A DNA stretch of 49,548 bases from a virus (Duplodnaviria > Caudoviricetes). Where the stretch lies: positions 1 to 49,548 of the IMG/VR virus record IMGVR_UViG_3300037692_000547. The stretch is one strand, 5' to 3'. The position numbers were made by a program, and so were the translations under genes. The notes beneath the pieces are model-generated. The model was not told where the DNA came from. It worked only from the letters and a program-made list of their open reading frames with translations, and did no database searches. Positions 25,473 through 34,150 of this stretch are shown here, piece after piece; position 1 is the first letter of the stretch; each line of letters opens with the position of its first letter.

Positions 25473-27485
25473 TTATTTCTTTTTGGGGACGGTGCGAGAG
25501 AATCCGCCTCGGGTCTTGACCGTTTGGGTATCGCTGTCGGTTTTTCTCTTTTCCCCTGCGGCCGATTCATCTTTGCCGGCCTTGCCGGCATGAAACTTCG
25601 CCATTTTCTCATGCTCGGCGCGGCCCTCGCTGTCATAGTTGAGCTTGGCGGCTTCGCTGTGGGCCTGGGAGGCCGCGATGTGCTCCTCAGCCGTCTTGGC
25701 GTGTTCCCCGAGGGTCCTGGCCTTGGCGGTCGCCTTGATGGTGACACCGGCGATCTCCTGGACCTTCTTGCCGTGCTCCGTGGCGGCGGCGTTGTGCTTC
25801 TGCGCCTGTTTTTCGTGTTCGGCCATGGCGGCCGTGTCTCCGTACTTGGCGTTGGCGGCCTTCTCGTGAGCGTCCCTGGCGCGTTGGTGCTGCTCCATCG
25901 CCAGGAGGTGCGTCGAGGCCCCAACGTCGAGGTTTGCGGCGGTGTGCTCGACCTGATGCTTGTTGGCCACCTTGGAGAGGGTCTCTGCCGTCTTCGATGC
26001 TTCCTTGGCGGCTTCGACCTCGTGTCCCTTGATGAACGTCCGGGTGGCGTGGGCGCTGCCGAGGTGACCCGAGGCTTTGTAGTAGTGGTTGCTGGCTTCT
26101 TCGTCCCCGGCGCCCCGTCCGCTGTGAAACGCCTGGATGTGTTTCATGGCGGCTTCAGTGTGCAGCTTGGCGGCGCGGTTCATGTCATCGGGGCTGTCGA
26201 AGTCTGCCTTGCTGTGATGCTGATTGGCGGCCTGGCTGGCGGCTGCAGCCTTGCGGCCGTCTTCGTGTTCTTTGACCTGGACGACGGCACCGGAGGCGGT
26301 CTTGCGCTGGGAGGCTTTGACGTGGGCCTTGAGAAGGGTTTCGGAACGGGTGATGGCGCTGTCGAGTTGAGATTTTTCCGTTTTGTTCCATGGGGTGTTT
26401 TGATCGTCTTTCACACCGGAGTGAATTTCAAGGGACACCCTCTTTTGTTTCGACCCCTTTTTGCCGATCCAATTTCTCGTCAGGATGCTCGCCTGTGCTC
26501 CATTGGGGTGCTTGTAATGCAGGTCCCCTTCTTTGCTGTCGATTTCCGTCACATCTTTTCTGGGCTTGAACCCGTTGGACTCCATGTGCTCCCTGAAGGC
26601 CGCGACGTGTTTTTCTTCATCGCCGGGACTGTGAGGCGCTAGTGCCGTGGAGACTCCGGACCCGTCGTCATGCTGCCCCATTCCGCCGACCGAATGCGCT
26701 GCATTCTCAGCCAGAAGTTTCCGGCCGTGACGATGTGACGGACTGCGGCTGTCGTCGTGTTCTTTCACCTGGACGACGGCGCCGGAAGCGGTCTTGCGCT
26801 GCGAAGCCTTGACGTGGGCTTTGATCAGAGTTTCGGAACGGCTGATCGCGTCTCCGAGGCTATCCGCCATGGATTTCTTGGCGGGTTTGTAGTATTTCGC
26901 CATGATGCGGCGGCTGATTTCTGCTTTTTCTTCCTTGGTGGCGGCCTGGCCGATGCCCTCGACCCAGTCGCCAACCTCCATCCTGTCGGTACCCTTCATT
27001 TTGTCGCCGAACTTCTCGACGTAGGCTTCGACGTTCTTGCTGTGTTTCGCCTCGAAATCTCGAACCGACCTCTTCTTATCGATTGCTTCGATGCCAAGCC
27101 CCTCCCAGTGATCGGGATGGATGTGCTGGATGATCTTTTCTTTGGTGTAGTTGTCGTAGGCATCAGCGAGGGTTGCCTTGAGGCCGGCGTGGTCTTTGTT
27201 CTTCATGTCCTTGGCGGCTTCGCGCATTCCTGCTGCGACGTGCCAGGCTTCGCTGTTGTCTTCGTATTCCCGGTGTTCCCCTTTTGCCGCTTCGGCGAGG
27301 TCACCAGCGTAAGCGTGGTACGGGTGCGGATGGCCGGAGGCTTTTGTTTTCTTGCTGCGGCTATCGTCATGCTCTTTGACCTGAATGACGGCGCCGGATG
27401 CCGTCTTGCGGGTATGCTGCTTGACGTGGCTCTTGAGCATCGTCTCGGACGTCGCAATGGCCTTGGCAAGATCGTCGGTCGTCAT
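25473..27485 (-). CDS. 670-aa tag-repeat protein (candidate internal head polyprotein)
   Basis: Three copies of AI..SET(M/L)(L/I)K(S/A)HVK...RKTASGAV.QVKEH(D/E)D.R; Ala/His/Lys-rich C-terminus; immediately follows the portal gene. Confidence 0.75.
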   Translation of the reverse strand: MTTDDLAKAIATSETMLKSHVKQHTRKTASGAVIQVKEHDDSRSKKTKASGHPHPYHAYAGDLAEAAKGEHREYEDNSEAWHVAAGMREAAKDMKNKDHAGLKATLADAYDNYTKEKIIQHIHPDHWEGLGIEAIDKKRSVRDFEAKHSKNVEAYVEKFGDKMKGTDRMEVGDWVEGIGQAATKEEKAEISRRIMAKYYKPAKKSMADSLGDAISRSETLIKAHVKASQRKTASGAVVQVKEHDDSRSPSHRHGRKLLAENAAHSVGGMGQHDDGSGVSTALAPHSPGDEEKHVAAFREHMESNGFKPRKDVTEIDSKEGDLHYKHPNGAQASILTRNWIGKKGSKQKRVSLEIHSGVKDDQNTPWNKTEKSQLDSAITRSETLLKAHVKASQRKTASGAVVQVKEHEDGRKAAAASQAANQHHSKADFDSPDDMNRAAKLHTEAAMKHIQAFHSGRGAGDEEASNHYYKASGHLGSAHATRTFIKGHEVEAAKEASKTAETLSKVANKHQVEHTAANLDVGASTHLLAMEQHQRARDAHEKAANAKYGDTAAMAEHEKQAQKHNAAATEHGKKVQEIAGVTIKATAKARTLGEHAKTAEEHIAASQAHSEAAKLNYDSEGRAEHEKMAKFHAGKAGKDESAAGEKRKTDSDTQTVKTRGGFSRTVPKKK

Positions 27486-29290
27486 TTTTCGTCTCCAAAG
27501 GTTATTTCAAGGAATCGTTCGGTGCGTTCGGTTCGAGCTTTGGCGATATCGGCTCCAGGGGGTTTCCCCTGGTAGTAATTGTCGGCCTCCTCATCGTTCG
27601 GAGGTGCGTCATCCTGGCCGTCATCATCCTGGCCGTCATCATCCTGGCCGTCATCATCCTGGCCGCCCGGATCCTCTTCGCCTTGGTCAGCCATCTGGAA
27701 GGTGTTGATGTAGTTGGCGATGGGAACGTCGGAAGGGTAGTTCCAGGGGTTGGTGTCGTACAGCTTCTTGTCGGCCTCGGAGAGGTTTTTGATCTGCTCC
27801 GGCTCGACCCAGAAGCCGATCGGCGACCGGCCCTCCTCGAGGCGGCATTCGTTCTTCGTCAACCATTTCGATCCACGGGTCGAGCGGATATCGACGGCGG
27901 CTTTTTTGTCTTCCTTCTCCATGCCGACGATGATGACCTTGAGGTCGCTGTAACGCGGCTTGACGACGGCGTCGGTGAGCCATTCGCACATATCGTCGAG
28001 CATGGGGATCAGGCCCTGCTCCTTCGATAGCTCGATTTCTTCGGCCTGGCTGCTGCCGAAGAGCGACCCACTTCCTCCCCCGGAGTCGATGGCGAGGTTG
28101 AGCTGGCTCGGGTGGGAGCCGTAGGCCGCGCTCTTGAACATGAGGAGGAGTCGGATGAATTGGTCGAAGAGCATGTCCTTCGGCGTGTCCCGGAGTTTGT
28201 GCGCTTCGATCTTGAAGTCGTCTTTTCCGGAGGAGGGGATGATCGGGAGGCGCCAATAGTTTCCGGAGCCGTGGGTCTCGCCGAGCATCTGCTGCTTGAA
28301 GGCCTGCAGGCCTTCCTTGTCGAAGTCGCCGGAGATTGAAAGGATCGACTCGGGATAGTTGGTGTTGAACATCTCCTTGTTGAAGTTCCAGGCATGCATG
28401 AGCACGGCGGTGACTTCGAGGGAGAGTTCGAGGCGGCTGGTCCCGTAACCGAACTGGTTGATTTCGTCGGAGGGGTTGGAGATATGGATGCTGATTTCGT
28501 CGGCTTTGAAGGATTCAACGAGCATCCCGTCGATCACCTGGACGTAGGCCGATTCCGTGATGTCGATTCCCGAGTGTTCGCTCATCTTCATGGCGGTGTA
28601 GCTGGTGACCCGCTTGTTGACCTCGTTTTTGGCGGCCCAGTCGCGCATGGCCTCGTCAGCGTTGAGGATCGTCTCCCCTGGTAGCCAGTGGAAGGCGGCG
28701 TATCCCTGGCCGTCGGCGCGGCGAATGCGGCGAATGACCTTGCGGTCAATGACCAGTTCGGCCTTGGCCAACACCGAGGCGAGGTCCTTCATGCGGGTGT
28801 GCGGCCGGACCCGGTGGGGGTAGTACTGCGTGAATCTCTCCGGCGACGGGTCGATCAGCAGGTCTTCCATCTCCCGGCAGCGGGTGTCGTCCCCCTTGGT
28901 GACCTTGTAGCTGTCGTCCTCGTGCCGCTCATGGACGACCCGAAACCCGATCTTGTCGTCGGTAAAAGTCCGCTGCCAGATACGCTTCATCTGGTCGATC
29001 CTGGTTCGGATCAGGATCGCGTCGACGAAGGAGTGTTTGGCTGCAGCATAGAGGGTCCGGAAGTTCGGGGTGCCCTGGGGCTTTTCCCGGGCGCCGTACT
29101 GACCCATGTTGTGCGCAAGATTTCGAGAAAAGAGCGATCCCCTCTTCTCCTCCTCGCTGGTCAGTATTTTGCGGACCTCTTTTTGAGCCTCTGCCTTGAC
29201 GAGGGCCTCGTAGGATTGCTCCGTGACGAGCAGTCCGCCGGGGGTCTCTTTCATGTGGTCGCCGAGCGACTTGAACGCGTCTTTTCTCAT
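27482..29290 (-). CDS. Phage portal protein
   Basis: About 600 aa downstream of terL; AILIRTRIDQM..GFRV, FGYGTSRLE, WLTKNECR portal-like features. Start uncertain (29290 or 29254). Confidence 0.75.
   Translation of the reverse strand: MRKDAFKSLGDHMKETPGGLLVTEQSYEALVKAEAQKEVRKILTSEEEKRGSLFSRNLAHNMGQYGAREKPQGTPNFRTLYAAAKHSFVDAILIRTRIDQMKRIWQRTFTDDKIGFRVVHERHEDDSYKVTKGDDTRCREMEDLLIDPSPERFTQYYPHRVRPHTRMKDLASVLAKAELVIDRKVIRRIRRADGQGYAAFHWLPGETILNADEAMRDWAAKNEVNKRVTSYTAMKMSEHSGIDITESAYVQVIDGMLVESFKADEISIHISNPSDEINQFGYGTSRLELSLEVTAVLMHAWNFNKEMFNTNYPESILSISGDFDKEGLQAFKQQMLGETHGSGNYWRLPIIPSSGKDDFKIEAHKLRDTPKDMLFDQFIRLLLMFKSAAYGSHPSQLNLAIDSGGGSGSLFGSSQAEEIELSKEQGLIPMLDDMCEWLTDAVVKPRYSDLKVIIVGMEKEDKKAAVDIRSTRGSKWLTKNECRLEEGRSPIGFWVEPEQIKNLSEADKKLYDTNPWNYPSDVPIANYINTFQMADQGEEDPGGQDDDGQDDDGQDDDGQDDAPPNDEEADNYYQGKPPGADIAKARTERTERFLEITFGDEK
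27609..27665. repeat. 15-bp tandem repeat (about 3.8 copies)
   Basis: TCATCATCCTGGCCG units encoding (GQDDD)n in the portal tail. Confidence 0.9.
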
Positions 29291-29294
29291 GCCG

Positions 29295-29603
29295 TCAATT
29301 ATCCTGATTCCTGTTGCCCTTGGCAAACTTTTTGCGCGGCCGACTTGGTGGGGGTGGCAGGGGGGTAATGATGGCGGCGGCGGTAGCGGGGCCGGTGGCC
29401 GTCACGATGCTGCCCGGGAAGACGTCTTTGAACTGGGTGATGTGGTGGAGGGCTTGGTCGCAGGCTTCCCCGAGAAGGGCGATTTCGTGATGGTAGAAAA
29501 TCGGGTCCCGGATGCCTTCGCGGTAGAGGTCTCTTGCTGCTTCTACGCTTTCGGCGACCCAAATGATCCGGCCGAGCTTCTTGCTGTCGATGGCGACGGG
29601 CAT
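29295..29603 (-). CDS. Hypothetical protein
   Basis: ATG 29603 (TGATG overlap). Confidence 0.6.
   Translation of the reverse strand: MPVAIDSKKLGRIIWVAESVEAARDLYREGIRDPIFYHHEIALLGEACDQALHHITQFKDVFPGSIVTATGPATAAAIITPLPPPPSRPRKKFAKGNRNQDN
29297..29335. promoter_or_regulatory. Conserved regulatory motif, copy B, upstream of the portal gene
   Basis: CTGTTGCCCTTGGCAAACTTTTTGC; minus strand reads TTGCCA-N17-GATAAT. Confidence 0.6.
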
Positions 29604-29797
29604 CAGAACGTGCTTTCTTCCAGGTCGGCATCGGGCCAGGTTCCGGTACGATTGAGATAGCGCATGGCGACGACCATCTTGCTGTCGTTGCACTGGACCT
29701 GGACGGCCGGTGGCTTTGTCACCCTGGGGCATCCTGTCCCGCAGCGAGCGGTGGCATTCGGCCGGCACTTGCTCTCAGGACAGAATTCCCAGGCCAT
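29603..29797 (-). CDS. Hypothetical Cys-rich protein
   Basis: GGAGG RBS; tightly packed with neighbours. Confidence 0.55.
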   Translation of the reverse strand: MAWEFCPESKCRPNATARCGTGCPRVTKPPAVQVQCNDSKMVVAMRYLNRTGTWPDADLEESTF

Positions 29798-29799
29798 GG

Positions 29800-29997
29800 T
29801 TATGCCTCCCCTAAATCGACGATGGCGAGCTTGTCACGCAGCTTGCGAGCGCAGGGAAGGCAGATGTGTGTTCCGTCTGTTGCTGCAGCCGGCGAAATAT
29901 CGAAGTTCTTGCCGTGCGTGAACCGGACACCGACGGCGTTATCCGTGGTAGTGGCCTCGAGGCAGATATTGCAGGAGTAGACCTTCTTCATGCTCAT
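29800..29997 (-). CDS. Small zinc-finger protein
   Basis: CNIC...HICLPC. Confidence 0.6.
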   Translation of the reverse strand: MSMKKVYSCNICLEATTTDNAVGVRFTHGKNFDISPAAATDGTHICLPCARKLRDKLAIVDLGEA

Positions 29998-30386
29998 CCT
30001 CTTGTCTCCTGGTTTTCCGCTTGCGGCTTCCGGGTGATATCGAATCTGGCGAAAAGATATTCGGCCTGGCGGCGAAGGTTGTGGGCATCGGCCACACTGA
30101 TTCTGAACCAGTTTTTCGCTTCGTCACCGTCCCAACTCAAGAGGGCCCTTGCCAGCTCGTCGACGGAGACTCCCTGGGGTGTCTCGTTGATGTCTCGCAT
30201 CATCTCTTTGAGTTTGGCGATGTCCTCTTTGGGTATTGCCCCTATTCTCAAAGAGTCGGCTTGGAGCAAAAGGTGTTGATTCATCTGCAAAACGCATCGG
30301 TTCTGATCCAGGATTTCCTGGGCGAGAGTCTTTGTCACCGCTGTTAAAACCATGCCGGGCCCTTCTGTGGAGTTTTTTTCTTTCAT
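29994..30386 (-). CDS. Hypothetical protein
   Basis: ATG 30386, ATGA overlaps. Confidence 0.55.
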   Translation of the reverse strand: MKEKNSTEGPGMVLTAVTKTLAQEILDQNRCVLQMNQHLLLQADSLRIGAIPKEDIAKLKEMMRDINETPQGVSVDELARALLSWDGDEAKNWFRISVADAHNLRRQAEYLFARFDITRKPQAENQETRG

Positions 30387-30700
30387 CGAACCACCTTCCC
30401 TTCCTCGTCGTAGCAGTCCCGCAGCATCTTGAGCGTCATGGCGGAGGCCTGGAGGTTTTCCTTGCGGGTGTCGGCATCGCTGGGGTTGCGCCGTCTCAAC
30501 TCCCGGTGCAGTTCGACGACCTCGCATTCGAGGGTGCCGAAGCCTTCGTCGATGCCGTCCATGGGGGGATGCTTGGCGTCGGCGTGAACCAGCGCCTCGA
30601 GGACGTCGGTCAGGATGTCCTCGAGGCGGCTCAGGTCCTTGGGTGCGATCCCGGCGCGGAATGAGATCTGGACGACGGTGCTGGCGACTGATTTACCCAT
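30383..30700 (-). CDS. MazG-like small helical protein
   Basis: EGFGTLECEVVEL...RKENLQASAM pattern. Confidence 0.5.
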   Translation of the reverse strand: MGKSVASTVVQISFRAGIAPKDLSRLEDILTDVLEALVHADAKHPPMDGIDEGFGTLECEVVELHRELRRRNPSDADTRKENLQASAMTLKMLRDCYDEEGKVVR

Positions 30701-30974
30701 GGCGCAGCCTCCATCCTTCAAAGGTCATCCAGGCGAAGAGACGGCGCCACCAGGGGCGGTTGAGCCGGGCCAGTTCCTGCTGCGCGGCGATCTGCTGCGC
30801 CCGTTCCCGCAGTTTTACGTAGTTCTTGATGGCGCAGCCGCAGGCGAACGGTTTTTTGACCGGGACACCGGAGGCGATGCTGGTAGTGCTACCGAGAACC
30901 CCCTTGCCGAGACATTTGCGGCAGCCGGGGTTGGCGAGATCTTGCCAGGTCAGTTTCTTAGTCTCTTTTGCCAT
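30693..30974 (-). CDS. Hypothetical protein
   Basis: GGAGG RBS; CRKCLG...CGC. Confidence 0.6.
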   Translation of the reverse strand: MAKETKKLTWQDLANPGCRKCLGKGVLGSTTSIASGVPVKKPFACGCAIKNYVKLRERAQQIAAQQELARLNRPWWRRLFAWMTFEGWRLRHG

Positions 30975-30994
30975 GATTGCCTCCTGATAGCGGT

Positions 30995-31261
30995 TTAATT
31001 CATCGACATTTTAAGGGTGAGACCGTGCCGGATGCCTTCGTTGTACCAGAAAGCCGCTTCGGCGGAGACGACTCCCTGGCAGACGGCGCAGCGGAACTTC
31101 TTGTCAGCCTGGCGCTCCGGTGTCGCGTCGACGAACTGGTGCGCTCCGCAGAGCTGCAGCCGGCGGAAATTGTCTTTGTGCCGTTCCAGTGCGAGGTCGA
31201 ATTCCTCCTCGGTCATCCCGGCCGCTTCGGCTGCGGCTTTGAGCTTGCCTTCTGCGCTCAT
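30995..31261 (-). CDS. Hypothetical protein
   Basis: ATG 31261; C..H.F...CAVC motif. Confidence 0.6.
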   Translation of the reverse strand: MSAEGKLKAAAEAAGMTEEEFDLALERHKDNFRRLQLCGAHQFVDATPERQADKKFRCAVCQGVVSAEAAFWYNEGIRHGLTLKMSMN

Positions 31262-31413
31262 GCTTTTTTCCCTTTCTTCGGTGGTGGGTCGACGAACCAT
31301 TCGGCGTCGCAGGGTATGCATCGGTAGAGTTTGGCATCCCCTTTGCCGCAGGGGTCCATGGCTGCTCCGTTTTTCACCTTCTTTGCCGTCTCTCCGCAGA
31401 GGAAGCATTTCAT
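31258..31413 (-). CDS. Small zinc-ribbon protein
   Basis: MKCFLCG...CIPC, ATGA overlaps. Confidence 0.55.
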   Translation of the reverse strand: MKCFLCGETAKKVKNGAAMDPCGKGDAKLYRCIPCDAEWFVDPPPKKGKKA

Positions 31414-31736
31414 TTTGTAACTCCCTTGATGGTCGGTCTGTCGTCGAACACCAGGCGCCGCATGTCTTCCAGGTGGCGCTCTGTAGCCTTGAGAGACCCG
31501 GCGCTTCCGGTACCCTCCGAGGGGCGGAGTCCACATTCCCAGAGCTGGTCCATGACGTGCTGCGCCTGCGTCTTATCGATATTAAATGCCGGAGTGATGG
31601 CTGCACCTTCGCGCAATGCCTCCATGACGATTGGGGCTGCGCAGGCTCTGCTTTCGTAGTCGACGATCGCAACCTGGAGAGCGTATCCCCATGGCCCCCT
31701 TTGGATCAGAACCCGGTTTCCTCTCAAGACGTTCAT
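31410..31736 (-). CDS. Conserved phage protein
   Basis: AQ..MDQLWECGLRPSEG.GSAG...ATERHLEDMR. Confidence 0.7.
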   Translation of the reverse strand: MNVLRGNRVLIQRGPWGYALQVAIVDYESRACAAPIVMEALREGAAITPAFNIDKTQAQHVMDQLWECGLRPSEGTGSAGSLKATERHLEDMRRLVFDDRPTIKGVTK

Positions 31737-33736
31737 GCTGTACACTCCTTCCATCCTTGTTTTTCGGCCACCGCATGTGGCGTTTCTTCCGCTTTCACTT
31801 TGACCGCTATACCGCATCCGGCGCACTGGAAGACCGGCCCGGTGCCGACCTGGACCCATTCGTGGTCGCCCTTTTTTTCCTTGGCCTTGGCGGCGGCGCC
31901 GTAGTCGCCAAAGGCTTTGGTCGTCGGATCGGGGTTGACCCGGGAGAGCGCCAACTCGCAATAGAGGTCGGCGTGGAGGCAGTGGGGGTCAAGACCGATA
32001 TTCTCGAAGATCATCTTGTACTTCCCCTGGGCTTCGTCGACGACGACCTTGCGCCGGGCGACCTTCTGCAGGTGAACCCAGAAAACCTCTTCGCAGAGTT
32101 TGACGACCTTCGGCTTCTTGAGGCTATCCTGGATCGTCGCCTCCAGGGTGCGCTCGTCCGGCTGCTCTTTGAGGCGGTGGACGTACTTCATGAGGTTCCA
32201 TTCGATCCCCTGGTACCGGCTGATGCGAACGGTGTATTTGTTGCGGATCTCGTCCGAGGACTTCCGCTCGCTGTCGGTGAGCCTCGGGCGGTCGCCCCAT
32301 TCGCAGATATCCCCGTCGCCTTTCGACTCGTAGCTGTAGTCGGCCAGCCAGACCCTTCCCGGCCAGGCCTTGGCGAAGCGCCGCGCCTCGTTGATGTTCG
32401 GCAGGGCATCGACGACGCAGATGCTGACGTCGTATTGCCCCATGAGTTCGTGGCAGCGCTCCCATGGATCGTCGGAATAGGCAAATTCGATATGGACCAG
32501 GCGCGACTTGTAGTTGCTCGAGAGGGTCTTGGTCCCCCAGGTGCGGATGGTGATGACGTTGAAGCCGCCCATCTGGTCGACGCCCATGGCGCAGTTGACG
32601 CCCTTGGTGAGCCATTTGAGTTCCGGGTTGACCGTGGCCTTGAGAATCTCGGTGCTGACGATGCGCGACTCCGGAGCCAGGTAGGCGATGCCGAGCTTCG
32701 AGTTGTAAAACTCCTGCAGGTCGCTGGCCGTCTCGAAGGCGGTCAGGATCTTCTCTGGGGTTTGCCGGCAGGAGAGGGTTTGCGGAATGTGGTACCCGAC
32801 AACCTTGCTCTCTGGTGCATGGGTGAGCCAGATGCCGTTCCTCGGGGTGTCGATGATCGTGTTGCAGGACGGGCAGATATAGACGATTTTCCCGGCGGAG
32901 GTGCCGATGCAGTCGGGGAAGACGTCGGCCAGCACGACCCCGTCGCTGCAGCCGCAAAAGCTGTGGAACTTCCGTTGGTCGGAGGCCTTGAAGTATTTGT
33001 CGATATTGGCGTCGGGATATCCGGCCGTCGAGTATTTAAAATTGATCGGGTAGGAGCTGTGACTGATGCGCTCCTCGGCTCGCTCGATATCCCCTTCGAA
33101 CATCTTGCGGACCTCGTCGAAAACGACTCCGAGCATCGGGATCGACTCTGTCGACGTGGCGCCCTGCATGTAGCTGAAGAAGATTTGCGACGGGCCGATG
33201 GAGCGCACTCGCTTCTGGTCGGTCTTGCGCTTGTCGCCGTCGTCGGCTCCCGGGTTTTCCCCCCAGAGCGGCCGGATCTCGGGGATGGAGCGCACCGTCG
33301 GCTTGAACCGGACGTCGGAGAAGATCATGGCCATCGCCTGGTCCGGGAGGAAATAGCCGAAATACTTACCCCAGAACCGCAGCGCCAGCCAGACCAGGCA
33401 GAGAAATCCGAAGATCGTCTTGCCGACCTGCGCTCCGCACATCAGCACCATGGAAAACCCTTCGAGGTTGTGATCCCCGGTGACCCGCATCGCCTTGTAG
33501 GGCTCGATCAGGTATTCGTGGCCGACCCAGGTGAAGGGCTCGTTGTCGACCTTGAGTGTCGGCCGGATGCTCTCGATGAAGTCGAAGAGGTTGTCCGGCA
33601 CGTTGCAGGCGATTGCCGGACGCTGAACCTTTCGCTCCCGAATGCCCCTCTTGCGCAGTTCGAGTTCCGCCATGGCCGCCCGGATGGCGACCGGGTCAGT
33701 CTGGAGCGTCCTGATTATTTCTGGCGGCAGCGACAA
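31733..33736 (-). CDS. terL: Terminase large subunit (GpA-like)
   Basis: MCGAQVGKT Walker A, VVFDEV Walker B, SDQRKF..C, MGVDQ nuclease motif, DPH near the C-terminus. Confidence 0.85.
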   Translation of the reverse strand: MSLPPEIIRTLQTDPVAIRAAMAELELRKRGIRERKVQRPAIACNVPDNLFDFIESIRPTLKVDNEPFTWVGHEYLIEPYKAMRVTGDHNLEGFSMVLMCGAQVGKTIFGFLCLVWLALRFWGKYFGYFLPDQAMAMIFSDVRFKPTVRSIPEIRPLWGENPGADDGDKRKTDQKRVRSIGPSQIFFSYMQGATSTESIPMLGVVFDEVRKMFEGDIERAEERISHSSYPINFKYSTAGYPDANIDKYFKASDQRKFHSFCGCSDGVVLADVFPDCIGTSAGKIVYICPSCNTIIDTPRNGIWLTHAPESKVVGYHIPQTLSCRQTPEKILTAFETASDLQEFYNSKLGIAYLAPESRIVSTEILKATVNPELKWLTKGVNCAMGVDQMGGFNVITIRTWGTKTLSSNYKSRLVHIEFAYSDDPWERCHELMGQYDVSICVVDALPNINEARRFAKAWPGRVWLADYSYESKGDGDICEWGDRPRLTDSERKSSDEIRNKYTVRISRYQGIEWNLMKYVHRLKEQPDERTLEATIQDSLKKPKVVKLCEEVFWVHLQKVARRKVVVDEAQGKYKMIFENIGLDPHCLHADLYCELALSRVNPDPTTKAFGDYGAAAKAKEKKGDHEWVQVGTGPVFQCAGCGIAVKVKAEETPHAVAEKQGWKECTA

Positions 33737-34136
33737 TGGCTTCCAGCTCCTCGGTGCTCAGTTCTTCCATCTTGACGTCGCCGATCGTGATGTGTTCCTT
33801 GCGGCCCCATCGCTTCGAATTGCGTCGTTCGAGGCGCCAGGCTGCAGCTCTCCAGTCGCCGGATCGGGCCGCAGTTCCGACGTGGGTGACGTCGATGGCC
33901 TCGGCTTTTGCGACAGCTTCATATACTGCGTCCGAAAAGTCCTTGTATTTACCCGACTTCTGGGCCGCGCCGTACTTGAGCCAATCGTAGAGCGTGGACT
34001 TGGCAACCCCGGCGGCGGCAGCGGCCGTCTCGATGTAATTCCCCGCCAAGATCATGGTGATCACGTTCTTTGCCTTGTCAGGATCGAAGGTCGTCGGCCT
34101 CCCCATCTTCTTCCTGGGTTTTGCTGGCTCGGTCAT
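33696..34136 (-). CDS. terS: Terminase small subunit
   Basis: GRPT...AGVAKSTLYDW HTH, DWRAAAWRLERR; directly upstream of terL. Confidence 0.8.
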   Translation of the reverse strand: MTEPAKPRKKMGRPTTFDPDKAKNVITMILAGNYIETAAAAAGVAKSTLYDWLKYGAAQKSGKYKDFSDAVYEAVAKAEAIDVTHVGTAARSGDWRAAAWRLERRNSKRWGRKEHITIGDVKMEELSTEELEAIVAAARNNQDAPD

Positions 34137-34150
34137 GCCATGGTCCTTTC

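Noticed and set aside
23866-33775. Long + strand ORFs (23866-25272, 25398-26642, 31631-33775)
   Set aside because: Antisense to the MuF-like, tag-repeat and terL genes, which carry the recognisable motifs.
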